Shown: positions 31,501-39,888 of the stretch, one piece after another
How positions within the stretch are numbered: the stretch's first letter is position 1
Layout of the letters: each line of letters begins with the position of its first letter
From: a virus
Taxonomy: Duplodnaviria > Caudoviricetes
Direction: 5' to 3' (one strand)
Length of the DNA: 64,000 nucleotides
IMG/VR virus record: IMGVR_UViG_3300033067_001807
Span: 17,498-81,497 of that record
Notes under the pieces: generated by a model
Told to the model about the DNA's origin: nothing
The model's input: only the letters and a program-made list of their open reading frames with translations
The model's database searches: none
Made by a program: the position numbers and the translations under genes

Positions 31501-31815
31501 TTATTGTTTTATAGAAGCCTTTAACAATTTTAATTGTTTTTCAAGCTTCTCTATTTTTTCCAATTTCTCTTTATCGCTTGGAATGTAATCAACACCCCAG
31601 TCTTCGATAATTTGTATTTGGCGTTTATTTTTTGAATTACCAAATGTTAATCCAATATCAACACATAATTCGGTAATAAATTTAATTTTGTTAGATTGAA
31701 TTTCAAAATCATAAACTGTTGTTGATTCAAAACCCTCTCCAGCAGAATTAATATTATCATCTATTACAGTTTTAATAACGCCATTGTCGGCTAATGTTAT
31801 TTTAACTGTTTGCAT
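31501..31815 (-). CDS. Hypothetical protein
   Basis: Tightly packed ORF with C-terminal coiled coil. Confidence 0.7.
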   Translation of the reverse strand: MQTVKITLADNGVIKTVIDDNINSAGEGFESTTVYDFEIQSNKIKFITELCVDIGLTFGNSKNKRQIQIIEDWGVDYIPSDKEKLEKIEKLEKQLKLLKASIKQ

Positions 31816-32194
31816 TTAACCTTGCATTTAAAGATTCTCTTGCCTGTTTTTGAAGATCAGCTGATTTTTTCTTATCTTCCTTGTATGTTAGTTTATTTTT
31901 AATATTAACAAGAATCCATGCCTCTTCTAACATTTTTATTTCAGCATCATTATATCCTTGTTCTTTCCAAGATTCTTTTAATCCATTTACCTTAATTTGT
32001 AATTGATTTTCAATATCATCTTGTACTCTATTTAAAAAAGCCTCATGCGCCTGATTTCCATCATTTCGGGTTTTATCATACCATGCTTCACCTGGTCCAT
32101 TTAGAGGGCTATACATATTTTTAATTTTTAAGTAACCCATTGCTGCCAATTGCGATCTGCGTTGTCTTCTAGACGGTGTTGTTCCTTTACTCAT
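31802..32194 (-). CDS. Hypothetical basic protein
   Basis: Overlaps both neighbours; Arg-rich N-terminus. Confidence 0.7.
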   Translation of the reverse strand: MSKGTTPSRRQRRSQLAAMGYLKIKNMYSPLNGPGEAWYDKTRNDGNQAHEAFLNRVQDDIENQLQIKVNGLKESWKEQGYNDAEIKMLEEAWILVNIKNKLTYKEDKKKSADLQKQARESLNARLNANS

Positions 32195-32828
32195 TGTAGT
32201 ATTTATTTATAAACGTTATTACTTCTTCTTTTAAATATTCTTGTAGTTTATTTATCTCTATTTGTGAAACAGCAACTTGTGCAATTGTCTTTATAAGATT
32301 TTCTTTGTCCTCATCCGCATTTTCAATCAACATATTAAATATCTGTCTATTTGGTATGTTTAAGTTTATGGTTACAAGTAAAGGCTCTATATTTTTTTTA
32401 GAAAGCTTAGCAACCAACTCTTCCAATGGAGAAATTTCAGCAGGTTTGTTGATATGCCGTGTGGCATGTTGAATTGAATCACTGGAGTCAATATTAATTT
32501 CCTTTGTTGATTTTTCACCCATCGCTATTAAATTCAATGAATCTGCCCCTGGAAATGGTAATTTTCCATCAACTACTTCTTCCATAAATTCACCTAACAC
32601 CTCATTAAAAATTTGAGAACCGTCTGTAAAGTATGTAAATTTAGCATCGCTATTTTTTACTTCTACAACCTTTCCGAAGTTTTCACCCTTTTTCCATTGG
32701 TATGTTTTAACAGTATCTTTCACTAATTCCATTATTTGTATATTTTCATGTTTATATTCATTTTTAGAAAAATGTTTCTTAATCCAATTGATTGAACTCT
32801 TCATCATTTTCATGGTATTTAATTTCAA
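32187..32828 (-). CDS. Hypothetical protein (start uncertain, probably 32804 or later)
   Basis: Core YQWKKGENFGKVV...; the 5' part overlaps the upstream gene. Confidence 0.65.
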   Translation of the reverse strand: MKLNTMKMMKSSINWIKKHFSKNEYKHENIQIMELVKDTVKTYQWKKGENFGKVVEVKNSDAKFTYFTDGSQIFNEVLGEFMEEVVDGKLPFPGADSLNLIAMGEKSTKEINIDSSDSIQHATRHINKPAEISPLEELVAKLSKKNIEPLLVTINLNIPNRQIFNMLIENADEDKENLIKTIAQVAVSQIEINKLQEYLKEEVITFINKYYNE

Positions 32829-32976
32829 ATCTTTCTATAAAATCTATTCCACAATCATCTCCAATTAATACATCTACATTTCTAACGTATTTATAATAGA
32901 ATGCTTTACTGCCATTTTCATTAAGAAATTTCGCAAGTGTCTCAGCACTTGGAACTATTATTTTATTAATACTCAT
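32779..32976 (-). CDS. Hypothetical protein
   Basis: 65-aa ORF coupled to the dCMP deaminase stop. Confidence 0.55.
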   Translation of the reverse strand: MSINKIIVPSAETLAKFLNENGSKAFYYKYVRNVDVLIGDDCGIDFIERFEIKYHENDEEFNQLD

Positions 32977-33478
32977 TCCAAACGTTTACTTGATTTACTT
33001 TTATATTTGCAGTTTTTAATAATTCAACACCACTCATATCTCTATAATCTTCACTATAGTATACTTCATTTACCCCTGATTGTATGATTAATTTTGCACA
33101 ATCAAAACATGGACATGTTGTTGTATATAGAGTTGCTCCTTCGCAACTCATTGTAGATTTCGCAACTTTCATAATTGCGTTTGATTCCGCATGCAAAACT
33201 TCACGCTTTGTCACACTTCGATGTGCACATCCATCTTCATCAGATAATGTCCATCCATTTTCATCAAGAAGTTTCGCCTGTTCAGGAAAATCCCAACCGG
33301 TTCTTTCAACACACTCACATTCATTTTCAAATCCATGTGGAGTACCATTGTACCCAAATGAAATTACTTGTTTGTCTTTAACAATAACACATCCAACCTT
33401 TCTTCGGTTTGCATAACTAAGTTTTGCAAACTGATAGGCTACTTGCATGTATATGTGTTCGATCGGAATTTTAGGCAT
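32966..33478 (-). CDS. dCMP deaminase
   Basis: RRKVGCVIV, GYNG, HAESNAI, PCFDCAKLI zinc-binding motifs. Confidence 0.95.
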   Translation of the reverse strand: MPKIPIEHIYMQVAYQFAKLSYANRRKVGCVIVKDKQVISFGYNGTPHGFENECECVERTGWDFPEQAKLLDENGWTLSDEDGCAHRSVTKREVLHAESNAIMKVAKSTMSCEGATLYTTTCPCFDCAKLIIQSGVNEVYYSEDYRDMSGVELLKTANIKVNQVNVWNEY

Positions 33479-33480
33479 AA

Positions 33481-33518
33481 AAAAAGTCTATATGTTTATT
33501 ATTATATATAGACTTTTT
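33481..33518 (-). promoter_or_regulatory. 13-bp inverted repeat (terminator-like, covers translation start region) overlapping a promoter-like TATATATAAT
   Basis: AAAAAGTCTATAT (33481-33493) pairs with ATATAGACTTTTT (33506-33518); ends 2 nt before ATG. Confidence 0.6.
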
Positions 33519-33536
33519 ATTTAGTTTATTTGTGGA

Positions 33537-34013
33537 TTATTCTACATCCTCAGCATCAACTGCATCTTTTACCTGCTTAGACTCATTGATTTTTTTAGAG
33601 TATGCTTCGGCCATTTTATTTAAACATGCTTCAAATGCTTCGGTTTCCATGTCACCTTTCATTTCGTTAAGTGCATTAACTCCCATTTTTGCAACTAATG
33701 CAGCATTTTCAGCCATATAAGTTTCTACGGTATGGTCATCATGTGCATCTTCGTCCCATGCCTGTGCCTCTTCCATTACTCTCTCGTAACATTTTTCTAG
33801 CATTTCTGAAACGGGAATAGTTGGATTAATTCCATCTCCTTTTCCTTGAATTGGAGTTACTTTTTCTTCAGATTCTTGTACCTCTTCAGCTTCTTCTTCA
33901 GCCTCTTCAAAATCCTTGTCATCAGGTTCTGCCATTGAAGTTAATTTAGTTTCTATCTCCTCTGCTCTGTCCATTTCAGAAATAAAGGTTTCAAATGATT
34001 TAATACTTGCCAT
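33537..34013 (-). CDS. Acidic putative internal head protein
   Basis: MASIKSFETFISEM CTS-like start; very Glu-rich; late motif GATATATA at 34048-34055. Confidence 0.6.
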   Translation of the reverse strand: MASIKSFETFISEMDRAEEIETKLTSMAEPDDKDFEEAEEEAEEVQESEEKVTPIQGKGDGINPTIPVSEMLEKCYERVMEEAQAWDEDAHDDHTVETYMAENAALVAKMGVNALNEMKGDMETEAFEACLNKMAEAYSKKINESKQVKDAVDAEDVE

Positions 34014-34046
34014 AGTTTTTAATTTTTTTATTATTAGTATATGAAT

Positions 34047-34373
34047 TTATATATCTTTATCTTTTGACAGGTATTCAAAACTAGAAGGAAGGACGTGTTT
34101 TTGAATTTTTAAGGCCTTAATTATTATTGCAACTATAACACCGCCTGGCATTAATGCAATAGTAGTAAGACCTATTGTTTTTAAAACATCTTTGAATTGG
34201 TTTCCAACCCATTCTCTTTGAAGTTCATCCATTTTTATATCGTATATGATATGATTGTACAACATCGTGAATGCGTCTTGCGTTTCTTTACCTTCAAGCT
34301 TTAATGCACTAATAAATTTCTTAGAGTTTGTCTTAAAATCATTAATATGATTTGACAATATGCTTGTTTTCAC
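34047..34373 (-). CDS. LETM1-like domain protein
   Basis: QFKDVLKTIGLTTIALMPGG...LKIQKHVLPSSF resembles the LETM1/Mdm38-type LPS(T/A)F segment. Confidence 0.55.
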   Translation of the reverse strand: MKTSILSNHINDFKTNSKKFISALKLEGKETQDAFTMLYNHIIYDIKMDELQREWVGNQFKDVLKTIGLTTIALMPGGVIVAIIIKALKIQKHVLPSSFEYLSKDKDI

Positions 34374-34382
34374 CTAACGCAG

Positions 34383-34724
34383 TTAATCTTCTGATTTATA
34401 TGGTAGTTTTTTATCATGTCCACCATCTCTAACTTCTTTAGCTAAATCGGCATCAGCCTTGCCCCATGTTCCTGCACCTTTTTCTAGAAATGCGTTTACT
34501 CTTGCATGTCCCCAAGCCTCTTGACTCATTCCTTCATAGTGACTTGAATTCCATGCTCCCATTCCTCTTCGCATAACTGCATTTAAAATTCCAATCGGTA
34601 CACCAGATTCTTTACTCTTTTTAGCAAGAGATTTATTTAAATCCGGATTTTCTAACTTTGCTCTAGAAGTTTCTTTGTCATCTTTTTCTGTCAAAAATTC
34701 TTCAAATAACATAAAATGTTTCAT
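34383..34724 (-). CDS. Putative internal head protein (DUF5824-like conserved phage domain)
   Basis: MKHFMLFEEFLTE CTS-like start; SGVPIGILNAVMRRGMGAW...WGHARVNAF...WGKADADL; late motif at 34748-34755. Confidence 0.55.
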   Translation of the reverse strand: MKHFMLFEEFLTEKDDKETSRAKLENPDLNKSLAKKSKESGVPIGILNAVMRRGMGAWNSSHYEGMSQEAWGHARVNAFLEKGAGTWGKADADLAKEVRDGGHDKKLPYKSED

Positions 34725-34742
34725 ATTAATACATATATTTAT

Positions 34743-35663
34743 TTAGCTATATATCATTGAAAAGTCTTTATGATATTTTTGTAATGCTAATTCCTTTGCT
34801 TTTGCCTCTATTTCTATGTCGAGTTCCATACCGTATGTTTCAATAAATTCATACAAATAATCGGCATGGGCTCTTAGTATAACTGAACTATCTTCATGTA
34901 ATTTTTTGGAAGATGAATAGTGGCATAATTGTCTAATACCCTTTGGCCATGTGGTTGCGCATAATTCTAATGCATCTTTTTCTGAAATAGAATCCTCATA
35001 ACAAAAATGGTGGAAGAAATCAAATGTGATTGGAGTACCACATAACTTATAAATTTCATAAAGATCCGTTACACCATATTGGCTTGGTTTATCGTCATTT
35101 TCTAAAACAAGACGAGAACTTGCACATTCTGGTAATAGTTTAAAATTTTCTGCAAATCTTTTAATTGCAGCATCTTTGTCACCATAGGTTCCACCTACAT
35201 GGATATTCATCGCAGCGTAATGATTTCTAGGTAAACCCATTAAATCCATAACCTTACCATGCTGGGTTAATTCCCATATTGCATCTTTTACTACCTTTGG
35301 ATTTGGACTTGCAAGAATATTAAATGGACCTGGATGGAATGTAAGACGTTGACCTACTTTAGTTGCATAATCACCGGCTGTTTTTAATAAAGATTTGATT
35401 GAGTTATAATTAGGTAACTCTTCAATATCGTATTCAGAATTCCATGGGAACATGCTAGAGGACATACGGTACATTGTAATTCCATTTGCATTATTCCATT
35501 TAAGAATTTCAATCATGTCCCTGAGGTTAGCTTCTGCCAACTCACCTGCGTATTTAATACCTTTCGCCTGAAAGGTTTTCTTAATCATGCTTCTACCTAT
35601 CTTAATTCCTTTTTGTTTATCCAATGTTAAGTTGATACAACAGTACCCGTAATTTGCAGCCAT
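34743..35663 (-). CDS. uvsE: UV damage endonuclease
   Basis: YGYCCIN, MYRMSSSMFPW, RLTFHPGPF, NIHVGG, LVLENDD, ITFDFFHH, AHADY, IEAKAKE. Confidence 0.92.
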   Translation of the reverse strand: MAANYGYCCINLTLDKQKGIKIGRSMIKKTFQAKGIKYAGELAEANLRDMIEILKWNNANGITMYRMSSSMFPWNSEYDIEELPNYNSIKSLLKTAGDYATKVGQRLTFHPGPFNILASPNPKVVKDAIWELTQHGKVMDLMGLPRNHYAAMNIHVGGTYGDKDAAIKRFAENFKLLPECASSRLVLENDDKPSQYGVTDLYEIYKLCGTPITFDFFHHFCYEDSISEKDALELCATTWPKGIRQLCHYSSSKKLHEDSSVILRAHADYLYEFIETYGMELDIEIEAKAKELALQKYHKDFSMIYS

Positions 35664-35675
35664 ATATTTTTAAAA

Positions 35676-35954
35676 TTAGTTATATAAAAATGGGATTGTT
35701 TTTGGATATTTATTACAAATATCATAAATTCTTGTAACCTTTGACGCTAATTCAGTAGGTAACTCTAATGCATACATTTGAAGATTTTCGTATAGATATC
35801 CATCAAATAATCCATACAGCATATTTTCTAAATTGAATAGTGTCGAACTATCAATATCTGCGTCACTGAATCTAACTTCTTTAATAAGACCTAATATTTC
35901 AAATCTAGTGTCTTCGTCCATGTTTGCGTGTCTATCAAAATGTGTGTAACTCAT
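35676..35954 (-). CDS. Hypothetical early protein
   Basis: Directly behind the early promoter cassette, with an AAAACAAACACC-ATG leader. Confidence 0.7.
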   Translation of the reverse strand: MSYTHFDRHANMDEDTRFEILGLIKEVRFSDADIDSSTLFNLENMLYGLFDGYLYENLQMYALELPTELASKVTRIYDICNKYPKTIPFLYN

Positions 35955-35974
35955 GGTGTTTGTTTTAAATTGAT

Positions 35975-36055
35975 GTTTTAATTATAGTGTAAATATAAAC
36001 AAAAAAAGCCAAACAAAAAATGTTTGGCTAATTATTTTCTAAAAAGTTATTAACA
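35975..36055 (-). promoter_or_regulatory. Terminator plus early-promoter cassette
   Basis: TGTTAATAAC box, GCCAAACA/TGTTTGGC hairpin with T7, then TATATTTACACTATAATTAAAAC. Confidence 0.72.
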
Positions 36056-36057
36056 AT

Positions 36058-36402
36058 TTATTTCCAAAATAACTGAACATATATTAATAATACTGAGAGT
36101 GATAATGATATTATTGTTTTTTGATTTAATGGTTCATCCATTATAAAATATGTTAATAATCCAAATGAAACCATACCCATTGCAAATCCAATAAACCTGC
36201 CTGGCCACAGTTGACCATCATAATACTCTGCAATGTACCTGGTCGCAATTATAAACATATAAGATATAGTAGATCCTCCAATTAAAGCAACTATTATTGG
36301 ATTTCTTTTAAACCAAGGCCAAACAAATTGTCCATTGGTTTGAAACCATATCATAGATTGACCTAATAGAAATAATAAAATTCCATATATTAAATTTCTC
36401 AA
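36058..36402 (-). CDS. Small 4-TM membrane protein (SMR/DMT-like)
   Basis: Four hydrophobic segments in 114 aa; C-terminal DEPLNQKTIISLSL pattern. Confidence 0.5.
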   Translation of the reverse strand: MRNLIYGILLFLLGQSMIWFQTNGQFVWPWFKRNPIIVALIGGSTISYMFIIATRYIAEYYDGQLWPGRFIGFAMGMVSFGLLTYFIMDEPLNQKTIISLSLSVLLIYVQLFWK

Positions 36403-37031
36403 AATAATTGCCCTGTTGATGTTAGTAGATGAGATATAAAACTAGGGCGGTGTATTTTGTTTGGTCCAAGTTCTTTGATTGCATTAATATGTGCACTTGT
36501 TCCATACCCTTTATTAGAATTCCAACCATATCCTGGATTTTCAATATCTAACTCTTTCATCATCGCATCTCTTTCAGTTTTTGCCAAAATACTTGCTGCG
36601 GCTATTGAAACATATTTATTGTCACCTCCTACTATTGTTTCAAATGGAATCCCATCAAATCCATGAAATTGATCCCCATCTACCAATATAAAGTCAAAAT
36701 TTTGATTTTTTCTAACTTCAGTTAGGCATTGATTCATTCCCTGTAAAGTTGCTCGTAAGATGTTAGTTGATTCAATTTGTTCTGGATAGATATGAACAAT
36801 ACTATATGCGATAGCATTATCTAGTACAATTCTTCTGGCGTCCTTTCGCTGTTGTTCATTTAAAAGTTTTGAATCTTTAATGAGTGGATGTTCAAATCCA
36901 AATGGCATAATGCATGCTGATACTGTAACTGGTCCGGCGAGTGCTCCTCTACCTGCCTCATCTACTCCTATTTCAATGGTTTGTTCAGATCCAGTATAGC
37001 TTGATTTGAGTAATATTTGTCTAGTTTCCAT
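36399..37031 (-). CDS. rnhB: Ribonuclease HII
   Basis: GVDEAGRGALAGPV, DSKLL, LVDG, GGDNKYVSIAAASILAK, NKGYGT, HRPSF. Confidence 0.95.
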   Translation of the reverse strand: METRQILLKSSYTGSEQTIEIGVDEAGRGALAGPVTVSACIMPFGFEHPLIKDSKLLNEQQRKDARRIVLDNAIAYSIVHIYPEQIESTNILRATLQGMNQCLTEVRKNQNFDFILVDGDQFHGFDGIPFETIVGGDNKYVSIAAASILAKTERDAMMKELDIENPGYGWNSNKGYGTSAHINAIKELGPNKIHRPSFISHLLTSTGQLF

Positions 37032-37063
37032 CTATATATTTTTATACATATTATATAGATGGA
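37027..37063 (-). promoter_or_regulatory. 12-bp inverted repeat sequestering the rnhB start codon
   Basis: mRNA UCCAUCUAUAUA-13 nt-UAUAUAGAUGGA; the AUG (37031-37029) lies in the 3' arm. Confidence 0.65.
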
Positions 37064-37078
37064 TTCTGGATTGTTTCA

Positions 37079-37789
37079 TTACTTATTTGGATTTTCAATC
37101 ATCCATTTGTCATATCGGTCCACGACATCTTGCAATATTTTAGCTCTTACAATATCGGAATTTGAAAATGTATGGTGTCCTACTCCTTTAATACCTCGCA
37201 TTAATTCAATAAATCCAGTTAAACCTGCCATTGCCTTAGGAATATCATATTGACTAATATCCCCGGTGACCAAAACTTTTGAATTTTTGCCCATTCTAGT
37301 TGTAAATAACATAAGTTGCTTAAACGTCGAATTTTGTGCCTCGTCTAAAATCATAAATGCATCATCAAATGTATCTCCTCGCATAAATGCTAAGGGTTTA
37401 AATTCAATTATTCCATGATGTATAAGACTTTCAGTTAATTCATTTCCAACTATTTTTTTAAAGTTAGAAATATACGATTGCATATAGGGATCTATTTTGT
37501 CTGCGATATCGCCTGGAAGGAATCCAAGTTTTTCACCGGATTCCTGTATTGGCTTACATAAGATTATTTTCTTTACCTTTTTTTCAGCAAGTAAATGTAG
37601 TGATGTATAACATGCTGTAAATGTTTTTGAAGTTCCGGCTGGTCCTGAACAAAACGTTATATCATTCTTTAGTATTTGATTGACGTATTCTCTTTGATTA
37701 TTTTTTAAATTAACGTGTTTAATGTCATCTTCCTTGACTGCCATTTTTTTAATGTTTGGCGAATGCTCTGAACTCGTTTTCTTTTGCAT
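37079..37789 (-). CDS. phoH: PhoH-family ATPase
   Basis: GPAGTSKT, GEKLGFLPGD, FMRGDTF, ILDEAQN, GDISQYD. Confidence 0.92.
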   Translation of the reverse strand: MQKKTSSEHSPNIKKMAVKEDDIKHVNLKNNQREYVNQILKNDITFCSGPAGTSKTFTACYTSLHLLAEKKVKKIILCKPIQESGEKLGFLPGDIADKIDPYMQSYISNFKKIVGNELTESLIHHGIIEFKPLAFMRGDTFDDAFMILDEAQNSTFKQLMLFTTRMGKNSKVLVTGDISQYDIPKAMAGLTGFIELMRGIKGVGHHTFSNSDIVRAKILQDVVDRYDKWMIENPNK

Positions 37790-37803
37790 ATAATTAAGTA
37801 TAT

Positions 37804-38061
37804 TTAGTCGCCTGCCATTATCACAAGCTCCTTTAACTTTTTAAGAGTTTCACACTTTTCATATTCCTCTAGTTCTACGAAATATTCTATAAGAAGATCT
37901 ATAAATCCACTTCGTTGTCCTATTCCATGTGGAATATCGATTGTGTTTTTACTATCTTGGTATACGATAAATCTATTAACCGTTTTTGTAAAATTTCGAG
38001 TTATTATATAGTAGCTGGACCTCATTAAAGAGTCTCTCTCCTCTTTAGTAATATCTTCCAT
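37804..38061 (-). CDS. Small protein with C-terminal UVR (UvrB/C)-like motif
   Basis: LIEYFVELEEYEKCETLKKL. Confidence 0.65.
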   Translation of the reverse strand: MEDITKEERDSLMRSSYYIITRNFTKTVNRFIVYQDSKNTIDIPHGIGQRSGFIDLLIEYFVELEEYEKCETLKKLKELVIMAGD

Positions 38062-38159
38062 CTGTTAATTTTATTTTTATTACGTCTAATTTGACTGATT
38101 AGATTATATATTTAGATGGACTTCCGAGAATATGTCATGTTGACAAAAAGGTTAGTATA

Positions 38160-38339
38160 TTATAAATCTCTCGATTGTTTATATCTTGCCTTTATAATCT
38201 TTTTTCTTTTTGATATTGATGGTTTTTCATAAGACGTATTGTCGCGTAATTCAGATAGCTGTTTAGTTGCAATTACCTTTTGCTTCAATTGTTTTAGTGC
38301 CCTTTCTATGTTTCCTTTTTCTACATTTATAATTAACAT
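38160..38339 (-). CDS. rpsU: Ribosomal protein bS21 (59 aa, absent from ORF track)
   Basis: Hand translation MLIINVEKGNIERALKQLKQKVIATKQLSELRDNTSYEKPSISKRKKIIKARYKQSRDL has the bS21 signature (IERALK..K.K...LR...YEKPS..R). Confidence 0.9.
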   Translation of the reverse strand: MLIINVEKGNIERALKQLKQKVIATKQLSELRDNTSYEKPSISKRKKIIKARYKQSRDL

Positions 38340-38584
38340 GATAGTTTATCAATTATTTTTTTAAGTTCTGTACATTTTTCATACTCTTCTCTATCTTTAA
38401 AAAAATCAAGTACGATTTGAACACCTTCTATTTTAACGGAGGCTGGGGCATCATGATTCAGTGCTCCCATACTTTTCTCAATAATTGATTTATAAATAAT
38501 TTCCATCATGTCTTCCTTGGAAGCATTCTGTAATTTTTTTATAAAGTCTGTTTCCTTGTTGTCGTATTCATCTAAATCATCCAT
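38333..38584 (-). CDS. Small protein with C-terminal UVR-like motif
   Basis: VLDFFKDREEYEKCTELKKII; ATG at 38584 overlaps the DnaJ stop (ATGGATGA). Confidence 0.65.
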   Translation of the reverse strand: MDDLDEYDNKETDFIKKLQNASKEDMMEIIYKSIIEKSMGALNHDAPASVKIEGVQIVLDFFKDREEYEKCTELKKIIDKLSC

Positions 38585-39371
38585 TAGAGTCTTTAATCTT
38601 TTTAAGTAATTCAATTTGATTTTCTGTTAAACTAATAGGCAACGTTCTAAGCTTTACCATAAGATTACCATATCCATTTGAGTTATATATTGGCATTCCT
38701 TTGCCAACTACTCTAAGTATTTTTGAATCATGTGAACCTTCGGGCACCTTAATTTTTACAGCATGCACCTTTGTTTTAACTTCAAACTCTCCCCCTAGTA
38801 ACATATCAATCCAACTAAGTGAAAGATCTACATAAATATCTGCACCATTTACTATAAGGTCGATGTCTTGTATAACATTTATAGTTAATATTATGTCGCC
38901 TGGTCTGGCACTTTTGTTGATTGGATGGGGTTGGCCTTTTTCTTTGATTTTAAGTTTCGTGCCATTCGGAATTCCCTTAGGTATATTAATATTAAATCCA
39001 CCAGTGCCGATATCGAGGTATCTTCTCGTTCCTTCATAACTTTCTTCTATTGTTATATTTATTGCCACTCGTACGTCAAATCCTCTAACTTCCTCATTAA
39101 ATGATTGGTCAAATGCTGTTGCAAAATCATATCTATTAAATATGTCTTTCCACGCATCGTCAATGTTAAATGATCGATTTCCACTAGTGTCGTGTTTCCT
39201 TCTACGTTCAGGGTCTCCTAAAACCTCATATGCTTCTACTACCTTTTTAAATTGGGTTTCGTCTCCTCCTGTTTTATCAGGGTGGTATTGTTTTGCAAGT
39301 TGCCTATATGATTTTTTAATTTCGTCCTGTGTCGCATTTCTAGAAACGTTTAAGGTTTCATAATAATTCAT
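38577..39371 (-). CDS. dnaJ: DnaJ/CbpA-like J-domain chaperone (no Zn finger)
   Basis: YYETLNV...QYHPDK J-domain; C-terminal domain INIPKG...PGDIIL...GYGNLMV. Confidence 0.9.
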   Translation of the reverse strand: MNYYETLNVSRNATQDEIKKSYRQLAKQYHPDKTGGDETQFKKVVEAYEVLGDPERRRKHDTSGNRSFNIDDAWKDIFNRYDFATAFDQSFNEEVRGFDVRVAINITIEESYEGTRRYLDIGTGGFNINIPKGIPNGTKLKIKEKGQPHPINKSARPGDIILTINVIQDIDLIVNGADIYVDLSLSWIDMLLGGEFEVKTKVHAVKIKVPEGSHDSKILRVVGKGMPIYNSNGYGNLMVKLRTLPISLTENQIELLKKIKDSNG

Positions 39372-39375
39372 TAGA

Positions 39376-39576
39376 CTATTTTGAAGAAACTGTTTTTACT
39401 CTGATTGTTTGCTTTCTTTCAGGAATAGGCCTAGTACGAACCTGTTTAACAGCGGCCTCTTTTTTCTCAGCGATTTGAGATCTTTTATGGATATTAATTT
39501 CTCTAATCTGTTGATTTTCCATACAAATTGCGATACGTTCTAAACTATCTGCAATTTTCTTTAAAGTTTCTTCCAT
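39376..39576 (-). CDS. Hypothetical protein
   Basis: 66-aa packed ORF (LKKIADSLERIA). Confidence 0.6.
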   Translation of the reverse strand: MEETLKKIADSLERIAICMENQQIREINIHKRSQIAEKKEAAVKQVRTRPIPERKQTIRVKTVSSK

Positions 39577-39593
39577 ATTATTATATTAATATA

Positions 39594-39878
39594 TTATATT
39601 TGTTCTAAAATATCTCTAATTCTAGCACATTTTTCATACTCTTCTACTTCAACAAATATTTCTAACATTTGATTAAGAGTTTTTGAAAGAGATTCAATAT
39701 CAAACCCATTGCGCTTCATTGTTTTAATATCTATTCCGTTTTCTACAATCATGTCATAGTTTTCATTCGCTAACTTCATTTTTAGCTCATACATCATTTC
39801 TTCCATTAAAGCTTCTCTTTTCATAGTTGTAATTTCGTCATCTTCCTCAAAAAGGTCATTAAAATTAAATTCGTCCAT
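39594..39878 (-). CDS. Small early protein with C-terminal UVR-like motif
   Basis: MLEIFVEVEEYEKCARIRDIL; start reassigned to the ATG at 39878 behind the early promoter. Confidence 0.7.
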   Translation of the reverse strand: MDEFNFNDLFEEDDEITTMKREALMEEMMYELKMKLANENYDMIVENGIDIKTMKRNGFDIESLSKTLNQMLEIFVEVEEYEKCARIRDILEQI

Positions 39879-39888
39879 GTTGTATATT

